Assembly: GCA_977017575.1 (NCBI GenBank)
Contig: CDRNVI010000029.1
Span: 372,001 to 436,000 of the forward strand
From: Paramoeba atlantica
Taxonomy: Eukaryota > Protista > Discosea
DNA: 64,000 bases
Reading direction: 5' to 3'
Made by a program: the position numbers and the translations under genes
Shown: in pieces, positions 62,046 through 64,000 of the stretch
Layout of the letters: every line of letters starts with the position of its first letter
How positions within the stretch are numbered: the stretch's first letter is position 1
Notes under the pieces: model-generated
Seen by the model: the letters and a program-made list of their open reading frames with translations, nothing else
Database searches by the model: none
What the model was told of the DNA's origin: nothing

Positions 62046-63216
62046 AAAACTCGCAACCTGGCGGCCTCACTACAAAGGGAAAGCGATCAGGAGTGCCTTC
62101 AAGGCCCACACCCAACCCCGCTCCCCTGGAGGACCCAGAACCGCCGAGCTGAACCAGGCTGCAGCGCAGCCGCTAAATTGCGAGCTGCTTACGTAAAGGA
62201 TGCTTGAGGCACAGCCTACACGCCACTGTGTCAGACCAGTCACCACATGAGAAGGGGCTGGAGCGAACGCTCATGTGCGGAGCGCATACCTTCTTTTTTG
62301 GAAGAAGCATATCTGTAACCTCGTATCATACCGGGGGGTATGGCATCGTGACCCAGGGTCGATAGCATACCCTCCCACCCCCGGTTTTTCAGGCAGAGAG
62401 GGCGTGATGTCGACTTCTTGTTCGAGGCTCAAAAGAGGTTTCAGATGGTAAAAGAGATTTAATAGAAAAGTAATGACAAGCGGCACCAAATAAGGTAAAG
62501 AGTGTTTTAACTAATTCAGTCTACTTTGCCTACATGCAATCATCCTAGCGGCCGAGCCTTTGAGCCCTCTCAAATAATGCCAAAAAAATTCTACACGAAT
62601 GTACACGGATTACCACACAGCTCAAGTTTGAAAAAAAACTTTTATGAATTATAAAATATTTACAACCAAGAAAATTATAAGAGTCGAAAAATCACCCGTT
62701 TGTAAAAATGTATAAGCGGGGGTGTAAAATAAGTTTTAGTCGCTTCGTTAAGCGCGGTGGTTGTTGACAACATACAAGTCACTCATGCTGTGCGTTGATA
62801 ACGGCCTCCGTGTTTAACGATGGACTAAAAACGAAAAATTGGCTTCAAAAGCGGAACGAACAGGAAGGATTTGAAAAAAGAAGAAAATATTTAGAGCAGA
62901 TGCAATTGATTGCAGGAAATGTAATTGATTGCTACAGTAAAATTGATTCCTAGCTTTGGGCTGGCCAAGTTTTATTACTGTGAACCCTTTTAATAGAGAC
63001 CCCCTTTTAATAGAAACAAAATTTTGGGGGAAGTTGTTGGGAATTGCTTTGGCGAAAGTAGAGAAGAAAAAGTGGAATGTTGCTTAAAATGTGAGGAAAA
63101 ATACTTAGAATTCACCTAACGTTCAATAGTCTCCACCATTCACCGCATCCGTGGAATCTCTTGTGAAATTAAAAGGAATTCAATATTGTACAAAATAAGA
63201 ACCGGGGAGCGAAACA

Positions 63217-63831
63217 TTATGAAAACCTGATCAATCGTTCTATGGGCGGCAGTTGCAGATATCGCGGTTTTAACGCAAGAGGGGGGGATAATAATGACGC
63301 GGAGGCCATAACACATAGTAAAGCAGAAGCTATGGAACGCGTTTCCTTTCGTCTCCTCTTACAAAAACTATCGTTATGGATATGATTCGAGAGCACACTT
63401 GTCTCGCATCTTCGAACGCCCTCGAAGAGATACATTCGCGTTTTCGAAAAATGTATTACGGGTGTGGCGGCGTTGGGGAAGAACTCAGTTGCCCCTGTAG
63501 ACGTTGATATCGCATTACACGCTGGGCAGAAAAACTGTATCGTCAAAATACAGTTCGACGCTACAGATTTGCAATATTCGGTGATGAGACTGCTGTTTTC
63601 GTCAATGGAGAAGTACAGGGCCATACGCTTGCACCGATCCCATGCGCCCAACCCAAAAGTAAGGATACCAACCCTAAGGAAATTGTAACAGCTTTCTTGG
63701 CTGGTATTTATGATTTTGGGATGGACGAGGTGTACCCCTGCCTCCAACAGTAACTTTTGAGCATGGTGCCAAGTCTCGTGAAACATCAACGATTTACACA
63801 GATACAGTATGTTGCGTCTCGCCCCTACCAT
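63217..63831 (-). CDS. Hypothetical 204-aa ORF on the antisense strand
   Basis: ATG-started ORF only; no motif recognised. Confidence 0.25.
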   Translation of the reverse strand: MVGARRNILYLCKSLMFHETWHHAQKLLLEAGVHLVHPKIINTSQESCYNFLRVGILTFGLGAWDRCKRMALYFSIDENSSLITEYCKSVASNCILTIQFFCPACNAISTSTGATEFFPNAATPVIHFSKTRMYLFEGVRRCETSVLSNHIHNDSFCKRRRKETRSIASALLCVMASASLLSPPLALKPRYLQLPPIERLIRFS

Positions 63832-64000
63832 GAAAGGGATTTATATCGACGTTAGCCGATCTGGTTGGGTCAAAGACGACGTGTACCCTCGCATTTTAAA
63901 AAACCATCTTCCTCTTAAAGGGGGTTAAGTTTGTCAATTTTCCTTTTCTATTCACTTTGTTCAACACGGCGGTTGTTTTCAGCGCGAAGCTATGCTATTA

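Overview
Eukaryotic, intron-less, gene-dense DNA. All recognisable host genes lie head-to-tail on the + strand behind pyrimidine tract/AG signals, i.e. a kinetoplastid-type polycistronic unit. The ATP synthase gamma is kinetoplastid-like, and the divergent proteins plus a Merlin fragment suggest a Perkinsela-like organism (inference). Host genes include eIF3c, an FtsH/AFG3 AAA protease, Rpn3, a degenerate DEAD-box protein, Trm5, cytochrome b5 reductase, two CX9C proteins, a RING protein, a SQT1/AAMP-like WD40 protein, NOT2, ATP synthase gamma and a PDZ-containing PI-PLC-like protein. About 22 kb (roughly a third) is mobile DNA: Tc1-like, pogo-like, hAT-like and Merlin DNA transposons, MITEs, RLE non-LTR retrotransposons and a tyrosine-recombinase (YR) retroelement, often nested. 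Three signals stand out. (1) Two diverged copies of one RLE non-LTR family each start with an identical 25-nt spliced-leader-like sequence, followed by a candidate branch point/AG acceptor. (2) A fully delimited VIPER/TATE-order YR retroelement (30147-35840) has no terminal repeat pair but carries, upstream of its ORFs, an internal reverse-complement copy of its own circle junction, plus a 124-bp hairpin array. (3) Four ~1-kb GC islands flip from extremely C-rich to extremely G-rich regardless of gene boundaries. Family assignments come from motif recognition only; no searches were run.
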